NCBI GenBank assembly: GCA_013239625.1
Contig: MU053472.1
Span: forward strand, 62,001-126,000
Origin: Lama guanicoe
Taxonomy: Eukaryota
Direction: 5' to 3'
Length of the DNA stretch: 64,000 nt
The stretch's first letter is position 1, and every line of letters starts with the position of its first letter. Below the pieces are notes generated by a model. It worked only from the letters and a program-made list of their open reading frames with translations. It was not told the origin of the DNA and did not search any database. This document shows positions 23,891-35,958 of this stretch, in pieces. The translations under genes and the position numbers were made by a program.

Positions 23891-25019
23891 AGGAAAATGT
23901 TAAAGAGTAAATGCAGCCTAGTCTGTACCTGCAAGGAGCTCCCGGTATGCTGGGGACAGCATTTCAGTCCAGGGGAGTGTCAGCCTTTGTTAGGTCCAGG
24001 GGGCAGGAGCCGTAATCGTTTTGTTTACCCCTGTAGCCCAGCAGCCAGCACAGTGCCTGGATCCTAACGGGCTCTCAAAAAGTGCTTGTTGAATGAAAGA
24101 TTGTGTTAAGTCCTCTGACAGCTATGGGGTCACAGAGGAGAAGCTAAAGATGCTCAGGAAGATCTAGGGTGCTCAGAAAAACCACAGGTTGTGACGTAGA
24201 CAAGGCAGACCATACCACAACAACACAAAGATTTTCAAAGCCCTCACCAGTGACGAATCCACACAAACCCTGACTCCCCAAAGGTGCCTCCTTTTAGCCC
24301 ACTGCCTACTCCATGTGTCTTGGGACCCCTTCCTCCCAAATACCCACAAACTCCCTGAGGAAGCCTAAGCCAGTGTAAACCGGCTCTGCCCTACCCAGGG
24401 AGCTCATGGTCTAGAGAAAGAGATGTATGTATGTGCTCACACTCCTGCTTCTGACTGCAGTGTGCTGCGATGGAGAACAGAGGCCGGTGCCAAAGGCAGT
24501 GGAAGGAGCAGTTCGTTGGCCTGGGACAGAGGTAGGTCCCGGAAGGCTTCCCAGAGGAGGTGACATTTCAGCATGCGGAGCCTTGGAACACGAGGAATCG
24601 ACTGACTCTAAAACACGGCTTCTGGGTCAGTATGTCTCCACTGTTGCTTTCACAAATGGTTGTTCTTGTTCCTCCTTCCAAGGAGCACTCCATGGATCCT
24701 TAGAGATAGCCTTTAATATCATCACCAAAGCCCCAGTAAGACCCCCAAGCTGGCTCAGCTGCCCAGAGGTAAGTGCCATAAAAAATGGAAACTACCATCT
24801 GACTTCTCAAGCCAGCCAGAAAGAAGTGATTATTTTTTTTTTCAAATCTGGTTTCAAGTACCTTAAAATACTGGGCAGCTGTGGCTGGCAGTGGAGTGTC
24901 ACTGACATGTGAGTGACTTGGCAGACAGCTCTCCATCACAAGCCCGAGCCCAGATGGGGAAGGAATCTGCAGGACTATGCACTATGGTCTTGGCAGAACA
25001 TCAGAGCAGGAAGAGCAAA

Positions 25020-25255
25020 GGATGTGCAGTCACACAAAGCTGGGGTGTGAGAAGCGGCCCTGCCGCTCACCAGCTGTGTCCTTTTAGGAAATACGAATTC
25101 TGAGCCTCAGCTGGCTCGTGTGTGATAGGGGGATATAATCCCCAGCTGCCTGGGTTGCTCTGAGAATTAAAAATGATAACGTGTGTGAAGCATCCTGATC
25201 AATATCTGGCCAATAAGAGACCCTCAGTAAATTGCGGGTATTATTTTCATTGTTA
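25020..25255 (+). mobile_element. MIR SINE
   Basis: gctcaccagctgtgtcct...tctgagcctcagc...gggttgctctgagaattaaaaatgataacgtgtgtgaagca...tattatt. Confidence 0.75.
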
Positions 25256-26304
25256 TTAAAATTGTTAAAATCATAGAGACACCTTGTCCATTTGGAAGAT
25301 ATTGGAAATTAAGTTTCCATCCCCAAACTCCTCTCACCCTCCAGTTTGTCCTGAAACTTATTCAGAGAACAAACTGAGCTCTGGAATTTTATCCTGGGCC
25401 AAACTACCAGTGGAGTGTCTGTACCGTTTCCTAATGAGTATTTGTGAAGTCACTGAACCACAGAAACTGAATTAGAGACAGGGAAGCCCTTCCATCTTGT
25501 CTGGAAAACAAAACAACACAGAGACGGCCTCCATGGACAGACTGAGGATGAGAGATTTTGTCCATAAAATAACTCAAATTTTAAAGTGAAATCTGATTTC
25601 AGCGCCATCTCTTGTCTTCAGCATTGCTTCGTGCACGTCTTTAAAGTAATACCAGGTGGATGTATAAACTCACATGATTTAAACAGAAAGAGAAAAAGAG
25701 AAGAAGGAGGAGGGGGTGGGGAGGGAGGTGAAAAGAAAGAGAGAGAAGGAATGCGGGAGGCACCAGCGCTGGTGTTTTTACGAACACCCCAGGTGATTCC
25801 AGTGTGCAGCCAGCGGCCCACTGGACGGTGCCAGCCCCTTACACTCTACCCTCTTGGTAGAATAGTAAACAGGAAGTACTTTCTTCCTCGAGTCTCCCTA
25901 CAGGCCTGGTTGGGTTTAATAAAACTGCACCAGCCCGACATTTATTGTACTTGATAGAAATGGCTGGAGGCCATGTGCTTATTGTAAAGCAGTAACTAGG
26001 AAGGAGGAACCACAACAGAGCAAGGACAAGGCTGTGTCTTCGCCTCCACGTGTTAAAGGAGGCGCCCAAGGCCTCAGGCCGGTGAGTGTGGCTGTTTAAA
26101 CCCTGGCTGATTTAGCAGGGATTTCAGATATTTGCTGGACCCTCCAAGCTGCTGATCTGATCAGACACCGCATCCAAAGAAGTAAGTCAAACATTTTTTT
26201 TTTCTTAAGGATTTTTAAAGCATGGTTGTTTCTTTTCAGCTTTCTAGATGGCTGTTTTCAAGTTCTTTTAGAGATGGGTCTTGGTTTCCCCTTTGTTCAT
26301 GTAA

Positions 26305-26318
26305 CCACTAGATGGTGC
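26305..26318 (+). promoter_or_regulatory. Candidate CTCF site
   Basis: CCACTAGATGGTGC versus the core consensus CCASYAGRKGGCRS: one mismatch, at a CpG position. It lies in unique sequence. Confidence 0.45.
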
Positions 26319-26393
26319 ACGTTACAAAATATTAGCTCTGAAGTGGGGGGGGTGGCATTTGTCATTTTGCAGCAACTGGAAGGGAGTCAGAGG

Positions 26394-26555
26394 TAAGGGT
26401 GCCAGGTTTAGCGAATAAAAACTGCAGGCTCGCAGTTAAGCTTGAATTTCGGATAGACAAATATTGCATGGGACACACTTATACTAAAAAAATGACTCTT
26501 GTTTATCTGAAATTCAGATTTAACTGGGTGTCCTGTATTTCACCTGGCCATCTTC
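26394..26555. mobile_element. MER53 palindromic hAT MITE with an internal deletion
   Basis: agggtgccaggtttagcgaataaaaac...gaatttcggatagacaa / ttgtttatctgaaattcagatttaactgggtgtcctgtatttcacctggc; the two halves are self-complementary. Confidence 0.85.
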
Positions 26556-27629
26556 ATCAGAAGGGACTTTAGGGAATAAGTGGATAATCTTGTGGCTCTC
26601 AGCTTTGTCAAACACTAGGATTTTGAAGGGATGGAGGGACTCAAAGCAATATGAAACCGGCCAGCAATTTTTACAGCGCAATCCCAACTATAGTGTGACA
26701 CTGTCTTCAGGGTCCGAAGCCCTAATGGTTAGTTAACCCTCAACTGCCTGGTTTGCCCTACATCATGGTATGTGTCCAGCTGTTCCTGCCTCTTACATAA
26801 CCAAGGGAAAGTTCTGGAATGTTCCAGCAAACTCTGTTGCTTTCTTTGGCTTGAATGTGGCCTTCCCCTAAGCCTCCTAGCTCTTTAACTTGGACCTACA
26901 TTACTTTGATACATACAGTCTTAATGTTCAACTTGACAGAGAATGGCATTAGTCATTTGTAAGAAAGGCAAGTTTTACACATTGAAAAAATTGGTGGCAG
27001 ATGTATAAAGGTTAGTGCTAAACCTCGTGCCCATAGCTGACATCCCCTGGCCAGTCTCAAGTTTAACACTTCATGGAGGAGAAATCAGGAACTTTATCTG
27101 CCTTCTGAGCTCTTCCTTGACACAAATTGCCCAAGTCTCCCTGCTTGACCACAAGAGTTCTTCAGGAAGGGATCATCTTTGTCGCCTCCTGCACAGAGAA
27201 AAACTGAAGGGCAAATGTGAATTCACAGGCACTTGAGGTCCCCTGAGTTGGTGCTGCACTCAACGCAATTTTCCAGACAGCTGGGTTGTCCCAGTTGTGT
27301 TATCCATGCTGTGGTCCACCTGGTCTACCTGTATGACAGTTGGGTCCCCGAGGAGAAGGAGAGAGGGAAGGAAACGGAAAAGCTCAGTTTGTAACACTGA
27401 ACTTGAACCTTCCCGTTAAGAGCGCGATCTCACATCTGATGATTCTCTCCTGAGAGAGACAAGAAGGCTGACGGTCAGAAATGTGTCTCAGACCCACTGT
27501 TAGGATCTTTTGCCTTCCTCGCAAGATGACTACTGGCAGGAGGAAACACAGGGAAGAGCACAAAGACGGTACCACCCATTCTTTTTTTCCCGCCCCCCCC
27601 CCAGCTCTTCCCCAGACCTATTTCTCTTA

Positions 27630-28100
27630 AGGAGCTTTATTGATACACAATTCACATCCTTAAAGTGTACAATTCAGTGGTTTCTAGTAGATTCTCAGAG
27701 TTGTGCAACCATCACTACAGTCAATATTAGAACATTTGCAACACCCCAAAAAGAAACCCCTTACCCGTTAGCAGCCCCTTGTCATGGCTCCCAAATCCCC
27801 CAGCCCTGAACAACTACTCGTCTACTTTCTGTCTCTAAATCGGCATATTCTGGACACTTCACTTACACAGAATCATATAATCTGCGGTCTTTTGGGTCTG
27901 GTTTCTTTCACTCAGCATAATATCCTCAAGGTCCATTCATGTTCTAGAATGTGTCAGTACTTCATTCCTTTTTCTGCTGAAAAATATTCCTTTGTATGGA
28001 TATACCACATCTTATTTATCTGTTCATCTGTTGATGGACATTTGGTTTGTTTCCACCTCTTGGCTCTTGTGATTAATGCTGCCCTGAACCTTCACGCGCC
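27630..28100 (-). mobile_element. L1MB-like 3' end
   Basis: gctttattga...aagtgtacaattcagtggttt...gttgtgcaaccatcactac...ttgatggacatttggtttgtttccac. Confidence 0.9.
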
Positions 28101-29176
28101 AGTTCACAGCCCATTCCTGACTCTGCTCCAGATCTTGCGAATACACTGAGAAGGGCCAACTCTCTTTCTTGCTTCTAGAAACTCATTCAAAGTAGAGCCG
28201 TCCCATGGGGATGCTGAACAAGAACAGAAAGAGAATATTCATTCAGCTGGAGGAGAGGGGACCCCTGTGGTCCAGGGACCTCTTCTTGGTAGATTCCCGA
28301 CAACTTACGTGAGTTCATGGGCTCAGAGGAGTTTAGAGAAGATTGTGAGCTTTTCCATCTGTGTAATGGGTACATGATGCCTTTGCTTCCTCCCAGCAGT
28401 CCCTCATTAACATATCCACGTCTAGGAAAATTTGAGTCCAAAAGTAATACCATGGTTAGACAGCCTCGTAAGAATGGTCAGACAGTGACATGTTTCAGAC
28501 ATTTCTGCTCTCTGAGCTCAACACAGGGATAAGGCTGAGCAAGAAAAGAGCCTGCATTTTTCAGATTTTCCTCACAACACTCAGGGCATAATTGTCCTGG
28601 AGCGGAAGCCGAGCTCTCCTCCTTGGGAGGGGAGAAGAGGACTCAAGATCAACTGGAGTGAGTCACCCTTACTCCCCTGACGAGAAGTTCCCACCCCGGA
28701 ACTCTGCCCATCTGCCTGGATTCATTCCACACGCCTTACCGAGCACCTTCGTGCACCAGGTGCCGCAGATAAAAATACCGCATCACTTTGCAAGTGAGGA
28801 AACTGAGACCTGGAGTTCCCCAGACAGCCTAGCCAGCCGTGTGGCAGAAACTTCAACCTAAGCAGGCAGATTACAGAGAAGCCATTACAGAAACCTCATT
28901 CATGATTCAAATGCAGTCCCTACTCTCAAGGAGATTACAATTTAGCAAGGAGAACAGTAAATAAGCAAAAAATTAAATAGAGACAGATTGGTACTAGAGG
29001 TGAGAAACAGAAAAATCCAGGGGTGAAACCAAGGGGGTGCAAACCATTGGTGGGGAGGAGGGGAACATGAGGTGGTCACGGACGTTTCCCCCAAGGAAGA
29101 AGCTAGCAGGGAAAGGAGGGGGAGAAGGGTTTCCTTGTGGAGAGAGAACAGCAGATACAAAGTCTACAAAGACCTT

Positions 29177-29382
29177 TTTTTTTCTGGTGTGTGTATACGT
29201 ATATATATATATATATTTATAGGAGTGTAGTCAGTTTACAATGTTGTGTCAATTTCTGGTGTACAACACAATGCTTCAGTCATACATGAACATACATATA
29301 TTCAATTTCATATTCTTTTTCACCTTAAGTTACTACAAGATACTGAATATAGTTCCCGGTGCTATACAGGATGAACTTGTTG
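29177..29382 (-). mobile_element. Short L1 3' end with a (TA)n-converted tail
   Basis: Same 3'UTR as the L1 at 1610-1770 (gtcagtttacaatgttgtgtca...gctatacag). Imperfect TSD aaagacctt / aaagagcctt; empty site CCTT/AA. Confidence 0.88.
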
Positions 29383-29871
29383 TAAAGAGCCTTAAGAAGT
29401 CTGTAGAAGAGCAACGATTGGAGCAGAGGGTATGAGCAGCCACCCAAAGTGGTGGCAGATGGGCAGGGGTCAGTAACAAAGGGACCTTCATACTCACACC
29501 GAAAGCTGGATTTCATTCTGAAACTTACAGGGAGCCACTGGAGGATTGTAAACTGAGGGAGGAAGGTAATCTCAAATTTTACCAAGTTTGCTTGAGCAAC
29601 ACTGTGGAGCGTGGACTGGAAGGGGCACAGGCAGAAGCTTAAAGCACTCACAAACATCTTCCAAACCCGCTTTGGTTGACACTGGTGTTGTCCAGGGAAG
29701 ACGCACTGCTCTCGGGTGGCGTGTCTTCCCAGGTCGGCCCCGTCGTCTTCTTCTTGTCCTTGCCTTGTTGGAGTAGACTGCCATGTAAAAATTTAAGACA
29801 ACTTGCCTTATAGGTAAAATTTCTGAGCTCTTGTGAGTCTGAAATGTCTTTATTATGTCATCACTCTTCTG

Positions 29872-30303
29872 TTTTTCTAATTGAAGTATGGTCGATTGAC
29901 AATGTCGTGTTAGTTTCTGGTGTACAGCATAGTGATTCAGTTATACATAAATATATATATTCCTTTTCATATTCTTTTTCATTATAGGCCATTACAAGGT
30001 ATTGAATATAGTTCCCTGTGCTACTCAGTAGGACCTTGTTGTTTATCTATTTTATATTCAGTAGTTTATATCTGCAAATCTCAAACTCCCAATTTATCCC
30101 TCCCCACCCCCTTTCGCTTCTGGTAACCATAAATTTGTTTTCTATGTGAATCTGTTTTGTAAATAAGTTTATTTGTGTCCTTTTTTTTTTTGAGATTCCA
30201 CATATAGGTGATATCCAATGGTATTTTTCTTTCCCTGTCTGATTTACTTCACTTAGTGTGACAATCTCCAGGTCCATCCATAGTTGCTGCAAATGGCATC
30301 ATT
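29872..30303 (-). mobile_element. 5'-truncated L1 3' end
   Basis: ttgaagtat...gtttctggtgtacagcatagtgattcagtt...ttacttcacttagtgtgacaatctccaggtccatccat...gctgcaaatggcat. No TSD found. Confidence 0.9.
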
Positions 30304-31245
30304 AGAGAGAACTGCCCTCAGAACTTCGTAGGCATTGTTCTGTTCTCTCGGGGCGTTTCCAGTCTCCTTCTCTTCCCTTTGACCTCACATTCCAAAAAAT
30401 TACCTTGTGCTTCTCATCTTTTTGAGTACTAACTTTAAGTCTACTGGCCTTCTCATTGTTCCTTGAATATATCAATCTTTTATCTGACTTATTTCTTCTT
30501 CCTGAGATTTTCTTTTCCAGCTCTGCTCATGGCTGGCATCATTTCATTAATCAGATCTGAGCTCAAATGTCAGCTCTGAGAGGCCCTTCCCTTACCAACC
30601 TAGGCAAACTAGCAAATACTAGATATGCAAAAAAAGTATCAGATTAATTAAAAAGTGTTATTACTTAATTCTAACTAGGAATCTGTGGGAATATTTCAGA
30701 AAGGAGTTGGTATTTGAGCTAGGCCAAATTTGCAATCTAATTCATTTTCCACTGGCTGTGCATAATGGGAAAAAAATGAATCTCAAATTCCTACCTCGTA
30801 CGATACACAAAAATTTATTCAGATGCCTTATAAATCTAAATGTAAAAGAAAACCTGATAAATATTCTAGAATAAAACGTATGGATAGAAGTTTCTCAAAC
30901 AGAACACAAAAAGCGTTAACCATTAAAATGAAACAATAAACCAGACTAGATTAAAATTTAAAACTTCCATTCATCAAAAGACACCATTAAGAGAGTGAAA
31001 AGGCAATGAGAAAAGATATTTGCAATATACAATATACAAAGGACTCGTTTTTAGAGTATACAAAGAACTTTCACACTGAAGAAAAAGAAGGAAGACAACT
31101 CAATACAAAAGTGGGCAAAAGATTTGAACAGACGCTGCACAAAAGACAATATCCAAGTGGCCAACAAACATGAAAATGATGCTCAAGTTTACTCTTCGTC
31201 AAAGAAATGCAAAGTAAAAGCACAATGCAGTACCACTCTGCATTC

Positions 31246-31607
31246 AGTCTTAGTCCATTTGGGCTGCTGTAACAAAATATGATGGACTGAGTGGCTTATA
31301 AATCACAGAAATGTTTTTCTCACAGTTCTGGAGGCTGGGAAGTCCCAGACTCTAGGCTCAGATTTGGCGTCTGACAAAGCTCCACTTTCTAGTCCACAGA
31401 CTGTGCTTTCTAGCTGTAACCCCACTGCTAGAAGGGATGAAGGATCTCTCTGGGGCCTCTTTTAAAGGGCACTAATTAATCTCATTCACGAGGACTCTGC
31501 CCTCACAACCTAATCACCTCCTAAAGGCCCCACCTCTAACCACCATCACATAAGGGATAAGGTTTCAACATATGAACTTTGGGGAGACACAAACATTCAG
31601 GCCATAA
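31246..31607 (-). mobile_element. MaLR solo LTR (MLT1A-like)
   Basis: gtcttagtccatttgggctgctgtaacaaaata...ctcacagttctggaggctgggaagtcc...tttcaacatatgaactttggggagacacaaacattcag. Flanked by CATTC (31241-31245 and 31608-31612), consistent with a 5-bp TSD. Confidence 0.9.
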
Positions 31608-31978
31608 CATTCACCAAAATGGCTAAAATGAAAAAAAGAGAAACGATAACAAATGTGGGCAAGTGTTTGGAGCATCTCAGATTCACATATTCTGTGGTAG
31701 GGATGTGTATTTATCAACCCCTTTGGAAGTAGCCACTATAGCTAAACATATGCATATCCCATGACTTAGCAATTCCACTCCTGGGTAAATAGCCAATAGA
31801 ATTGTGTACGTATGTTCTTTTTATGATGTTCATCAAAAGATATTTACCAAAAGGATGTTTGCAGCAGCACTGTTAGTATTAGCCTAAAATAGGAAAAAAC
31901 CCAAAATATTCCTCAACAGTAGAATGGATAAATAAATTGTGGTGTCATCGTAAAATGAAATATTACTTAGCAATGAGA

Positions 31979-32429
31979 TGTGAAAATTAATAAAGGGAAA
32001 CCTCATAAAAATGGAGTCAGGAGGCCAGAAGGAGAGGCTTCATCTGCATACCTCTCCACGTCAATACATTTTCCAACAGTTGAAAAGATGTATTTTGCAT
32101 CTCCAGCAGGAAGTGACACCACTTTACCACCACCAGCAGGAGAAAGAAAGATTTTCTCCTTGCCTGGCAATAGCTCAGCCAATGAGAGACTGTCACAGCC
32201 CAGCCAATAAAAAGCCATTCCTTTGAACTCCCAATTTCCTCTGATAGACTTTTTGTTTATAACACCTTCTTCCCCTTCCCCTCTGTAACACTGTTTCCTC
32301 TCCTTTGCTTCCTTGGACTTGCATGTGGTTTGCCATTGTTGTGTGTCCCAAATTGCAATTCTTTGTTGCACCTGAATAAACCTGTTTTGCTGGTAAAATA
32401 ACTAGCCGTTTTATTGATTTAGGTTAACA
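31979..32429 (+). mobile_element. ERV1-type solo LTR (451 bp)
   Basis: TGT...ACA termini, 4-bp TSD GAGA (31975-31978 and 32430-32433), CCAAT motifs, and AATAAA near the 3' end. It interrupts an L1 3'UTR. Confidence 0.85.
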
Positions 32430-32904
32430 GAGAATAAATGAACTATTGTTATGTGTGAAACATGAATGAACCTCTTAAAACATATAGTTAGTAAAGGAAG
32501 GAATACACAAGAGGTTTTATATTCTATGATTCCATTTACTAAAAATTCAAAAACAAGCAAAACTAATCTGTGGGTTTTTAAAAGTCAATATATTAGTTTT
32601 GTAATTAGTAATGTTTTAGCTTTTGATCTGGGTGCAGATTACACAGCTGTATTCACTATGTGAAAATTCACCAATATGTATACTTGATGATTTGTGCACT
32701 TTCCTGTATGTATGTTCTATTTCAATTACAAGTTTGCCAAAGAACCATTGTGGGGTTTAAATAAGATCTCAATGCCTATTACATGCACCCATTAAATGTT
32801 TATTGTTAAATTTCATCATATAAACAGTGACCAGTGACCATGATGAGCTAAAGTGAGATACTCATTTAAATTAAAAAGAAGTAAATTTTTAAAAAATTGG
32901 GTCA

Positions 32905-33373
32905 TACTGACTAGGATGGCAAACAAACAAACAAAGCCAGAAAATAAGTGTTGACAAGGATGTGGAGAAATTGGAAACCTTGTGCAGTGCTGATGAAAAT
33001 GTAAAATGGTGCAGCCACTATGGAAAATGGATTGCAATTCCCCCCAAAATTAAACATGAAATTAGCATATGATCCAGCAAGCCCACTTCAGAGTATATAC
33101 TCAAAATTTAAAGCAGGAATTTGAACAGGTATTTATACACCAAAGTTCAAAGTAGCATTATTCATAATAGCCAAAAGGTAGAAGCAACCCAGATGTTCAT
33201 CAGTTAATGAATGGATAAACAAAATGTGATACACATATACAATGGAATATTATTCGCCTTAAGAAGAAATGAAATTCTAACGTATGCTACAACATGGATG
33301 CATCTTGAAGGCATTATGCTAAATGAAATAAGCAAGACACGAAAGAACAAATATTGTTACTAAAAAAAAAAAA
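32905..33373 (+). mobile_element. L1MA/MB-like 3' region
   Basis: aataagtgttgacaaggatgtggagaaattggaaacc...catatgatccagcaa...tgctacaacatggatgcatcttgaaggcattatgctaaatgaaataagc, ending in an A run. Confidence 0.88.
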
Positions 33374-33374
33374 A

Positions 33375-33732
33375 TCCTCTCCCCATTGCTCTGCAACATT
33401 ACCTTTGTCATAAATTAAAAAATTAAGTGACCTGTATATGTTAGTCTGGTTCTAGATGATTCTAATCTGTAAATCTATTTGTCTATCCTTGCGCCAAAAT
33501 ACCACACTGTCTGAGTTCCTGCAGCTTTCCATTGGGCATGTTATATGGTGGTACACGATCCTTCTTGCTCTGTTCTTCTTCAGGATTGTCTTGGCTATTC
33601 TTGGCCCTTTGTATTCCATGTATATCTCAGACTCACTCTGCTTATCAATGTTTATTGTTTAAAAGCATGCTGGGATTTTATTAGGATTGCATTGAATCTA
33701 TTCATCAATTTGAGGAGAATAACAACTCTTTG
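33375..33732 (-). mobile_element. Ancient L1 ORF2 fragment; contains the left breakpoint of the duplication
   Basis: ttcttcttcaggattgtcttggctattcttggccctttgtattccat...gggattttattaggattgcattgaatcta. Confidence 0.8.
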
Positions 33733-33734
33733 AA

Positions 33735-33880
33735 TTAGGAACTATTATTATCCCCATTATCGAGATGAGAAAACTGAGGTTTGGAGCGCTTAAGCAACTT
33801 GTCCAAGGTCACATGGCCAGGATGTAAACCCAATGCTGCACTTCACCATGTCTGACTTCAGAGCATGCACACTGAACCAT
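33735..33880 (-). mobile_element. MIR SINE (duplicated at about 36080-36225)
   Basis: tattattatccccattatcgagatgagaaaactgaggtttggagcgcttaagcaacttgtccaaggtcacatggc. Confidence 0.85.
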
Positions 33881-33919
33881 TCCTTCCAAGTAAACCGAAG
33901 TATCTCTATTACTTATACC

Positions 33920-34056
33920 ACTAAACAGATATGAAACCTCTGAGGACAGAGAATATGTCATCCACGTTTGGATCTCCTTAGCTTCTAGACAGTGCCCAGG
34001 ACAAAGGAACTGCTCAATAAATGTTTATTAAGTGATTTGTTAAATGAGTGAATGAG
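33920..34056 (+). mobile_element. L2 3' end (duplicated at about 36270-36404)
   Basis: ctctgaggacagaga...tctagacagtgcccaggaca...tgctcaataaatgtttattaagtga...aatgagtgaatga. Confidence 0.8.
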
Positions 34057-34403
34057 CAAGAGAGGGAATCACTAGCTTCTGAGAACATAATCGTATGCTG
34101 ACAGCTAAATATATCTGTATTTGCTCCTTAGATACAAACCTCTGAAATAAACAAACATCAATTAAGGCGAAATTTTGTTTTATTCCATTTTAACCCCTAA
34201 GAGCCCGGGTCTTACCACAGTAAATCAGATCCAGTGTAGAATTTTGCCCCTGAGGAAGACATCAAAGGACAGGGGTTGGCTGGGAACACTCATCATCCTT
34301 CACGTTCACCTAACTGCTATCTGATTTCCTCTAAGCATCTATCCAACTTGCCTCATTTTGATCCACCTGCCACGACTGAATTGGAATAACAGCCGGAGAG
34401 CCT

Positions 34404-34819
34404 TGTGATCAACGCTGCTCGGTACCCGGGGAGTTGGTTGGATATGGGCTGCTCTGCACACTTCTCCTCCCCAACAGCACCCTAGTTTCCTTGATTGGAA
34501 TCATCTCTTCTGCACCAAGCATAGTCTGTGGTCTTACTTGCTCTGAATCATGAGGTGGGCAGGTGACCCAAGCTTGACTAGTCTGATGTTCCTTTCCTGG
34601 GACTGGAATTTTGAGCAAAGAGCAAATAAGCAGCGATTGGCTGCAGCGTCAAACCACCCTGGCCGGCACTAACCAGGCAGCTCCTCTGAGAAGATCCCTG
34701 CTGAGATTTCCCAACCGTGGCTCCCAGTCTCCTTCAAGGGGGCTCCAGTAGCCTTCCAATAAACTTCTTTTCTGCTTAAGTTAGTTTGAGTTGCAACCAA
34801 AAAATTCCTAACTGATACT
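34404..34819 (+). mobile_element. Ancient MaLR/ERVL LTR (MLT1J/K/L-like), 5' LTR; duplicated at about 36752-37167
   Basis: Typical LTR 3' end aataaacttcttttctgcttaagttagtttgagttgcaaccaaaaaattcctaactgatac, and internal gggcaggtgacccaagc. Confidence 0.7.
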
Positions 34820-34926
34820 GAATCTAATGCCCGAAGTGGGATGTTGCAAGGCTAAGCAGAGACATTTGGGTGAAGGGAAAGAATTGACATGAGAATTTAG
34901 TCACTCTTCTTCATATTATAGTAAAC

Positions 34927-35022
34927 TGGTGAGGGTGCCAGGTATAGCTCAGTGGTAGAGCATGTGCTTAGTATGCACAAAGTCCTGGATTCAATCCTCA
35001 ATATCTCCATTAAAAAAATCTA
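34927..35022 (+). mobile_element. tRNA-derived SINE (vic-1-like, short)
   Basis: GGTATAGCTCAGTGGTAGAGC...TCCTGGATTCAATCC. 10-bp TSD TATAGTAAAC at 34917-34926 and 35023-35032. Confidence 0.9.
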
Positions 35023-35958
35023 TATAGTAAACAGCTGGTTAATCTGTTGCCTATTAAGCTTTGAGACTCAGACTGTGTGCTTCTTGAGGCTTTAACATGA
35101 AAGGACATTGTAATAAAATTCCGAATTCTGGAGTATGCTGATAACTTCTTCAGCAAGGTCTTTCAAGAAAGATCGGATTAAACTGAACCTGATCCATTCG
35201 AAAGTAAGAGAGGGAAGATCCCTGAGTCTCATTATTATCCATGGCATTAGCCAGAAGAAAGTAAACTGGAATCCCATTGACTTTTTAAGGACATCATTTT
35301 GCCAAAGAAACCTCAAAGCTCGTCCTCCATGGTCTGTGAGAGTGATCTCCAGGCCCCCAACCTCACATCACAGGAAGAGAGCTGCTAAAACAGCGCAGAA
35401 AGGGCTTCCTTTGTGTTGGTATCGCAGTATCATGTACACATACACACCGTATGCGGAGAGAGCTGATGGCTACTCTAAAGCTTTGTTAAGTTACATAGTC
35501 TTGTATAGCAAAGAAGAATGACAAGGGAAATGGTTAACAGACCGTGTCTGGCTCAAGGTCAGAAGACCCTTTATATTTGGTAAATCATGTTCGTATTGGC
35601 ACCAGCGAGCCTTACAGCTTATCAGGGCAGAATGTATGAGAAACGGCTGCTTCACAGCATTCTTCTCGGACTCAGGCGGCTGTGCCTGTCTTAGGTTGCC
35701 CCCCTCCGGGGATCTTACCCGTCATTGGCTAACCAGCCTTCTCACCTCTGAGTCTGCAGCTTTTTAAAACTTGTTTACCATTCCAGCTCAAGGCTTGTTC
35801 CTTTGTTCCCACAGTCGGGGAGCTACACTTTGCAATGTGCATGTCATATGGTCCACGAGGGACAATCCACAAGAGAGACTTTCCCAAAGAGACAAGCATG
35901 GGCCACAGAGGGCAGAAGGCAAAGGGGAGCCTTCCATAAGGTAGGAGTGGGGAAGACA

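Larger units (their letters stand above)
30770..32740 (+). mobile_element. Ancient L1 (L1MC/ME-like) ORF2 3' end and 3'UTR, interrupted by two LTR insertions
   Basis: catcaaaagacaccattaagagagtgaaaaggcaa, gggcaaaagatttgaacagac, atgacttagcaattccactcctgggta. The sequence resumes colinearly across 31246-31607 and 31979-32429. Confidence 0.85.

Noticed and set aside
24427..24912. 161-aa ORF with a signal-peptide-like start (MYVLTLLLLTAVCC)
   Set aside because: Its 5' half overlaps an L2-like remnant (ggaaggcttcccagaggaggtgacattt) and the peptide resembles no family I know.
34927..35022. tRNA gene (also at 23105, 37275, 41389, 46431, 56506 and 59164)
   Set aside because: These have A-rich tails, mostly with TSDs, and degenerate stems, so they are SINE heads rather than functional tRNAs.
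35135..35521. 128-aa ORF in duplication copy 1, cut by a TGG-to-TAG change in copy 2
   Set aside because: It lies in decayed MaLR internal sequence with no recognisable domain, so there is no support for a gene and pseudogene pair.
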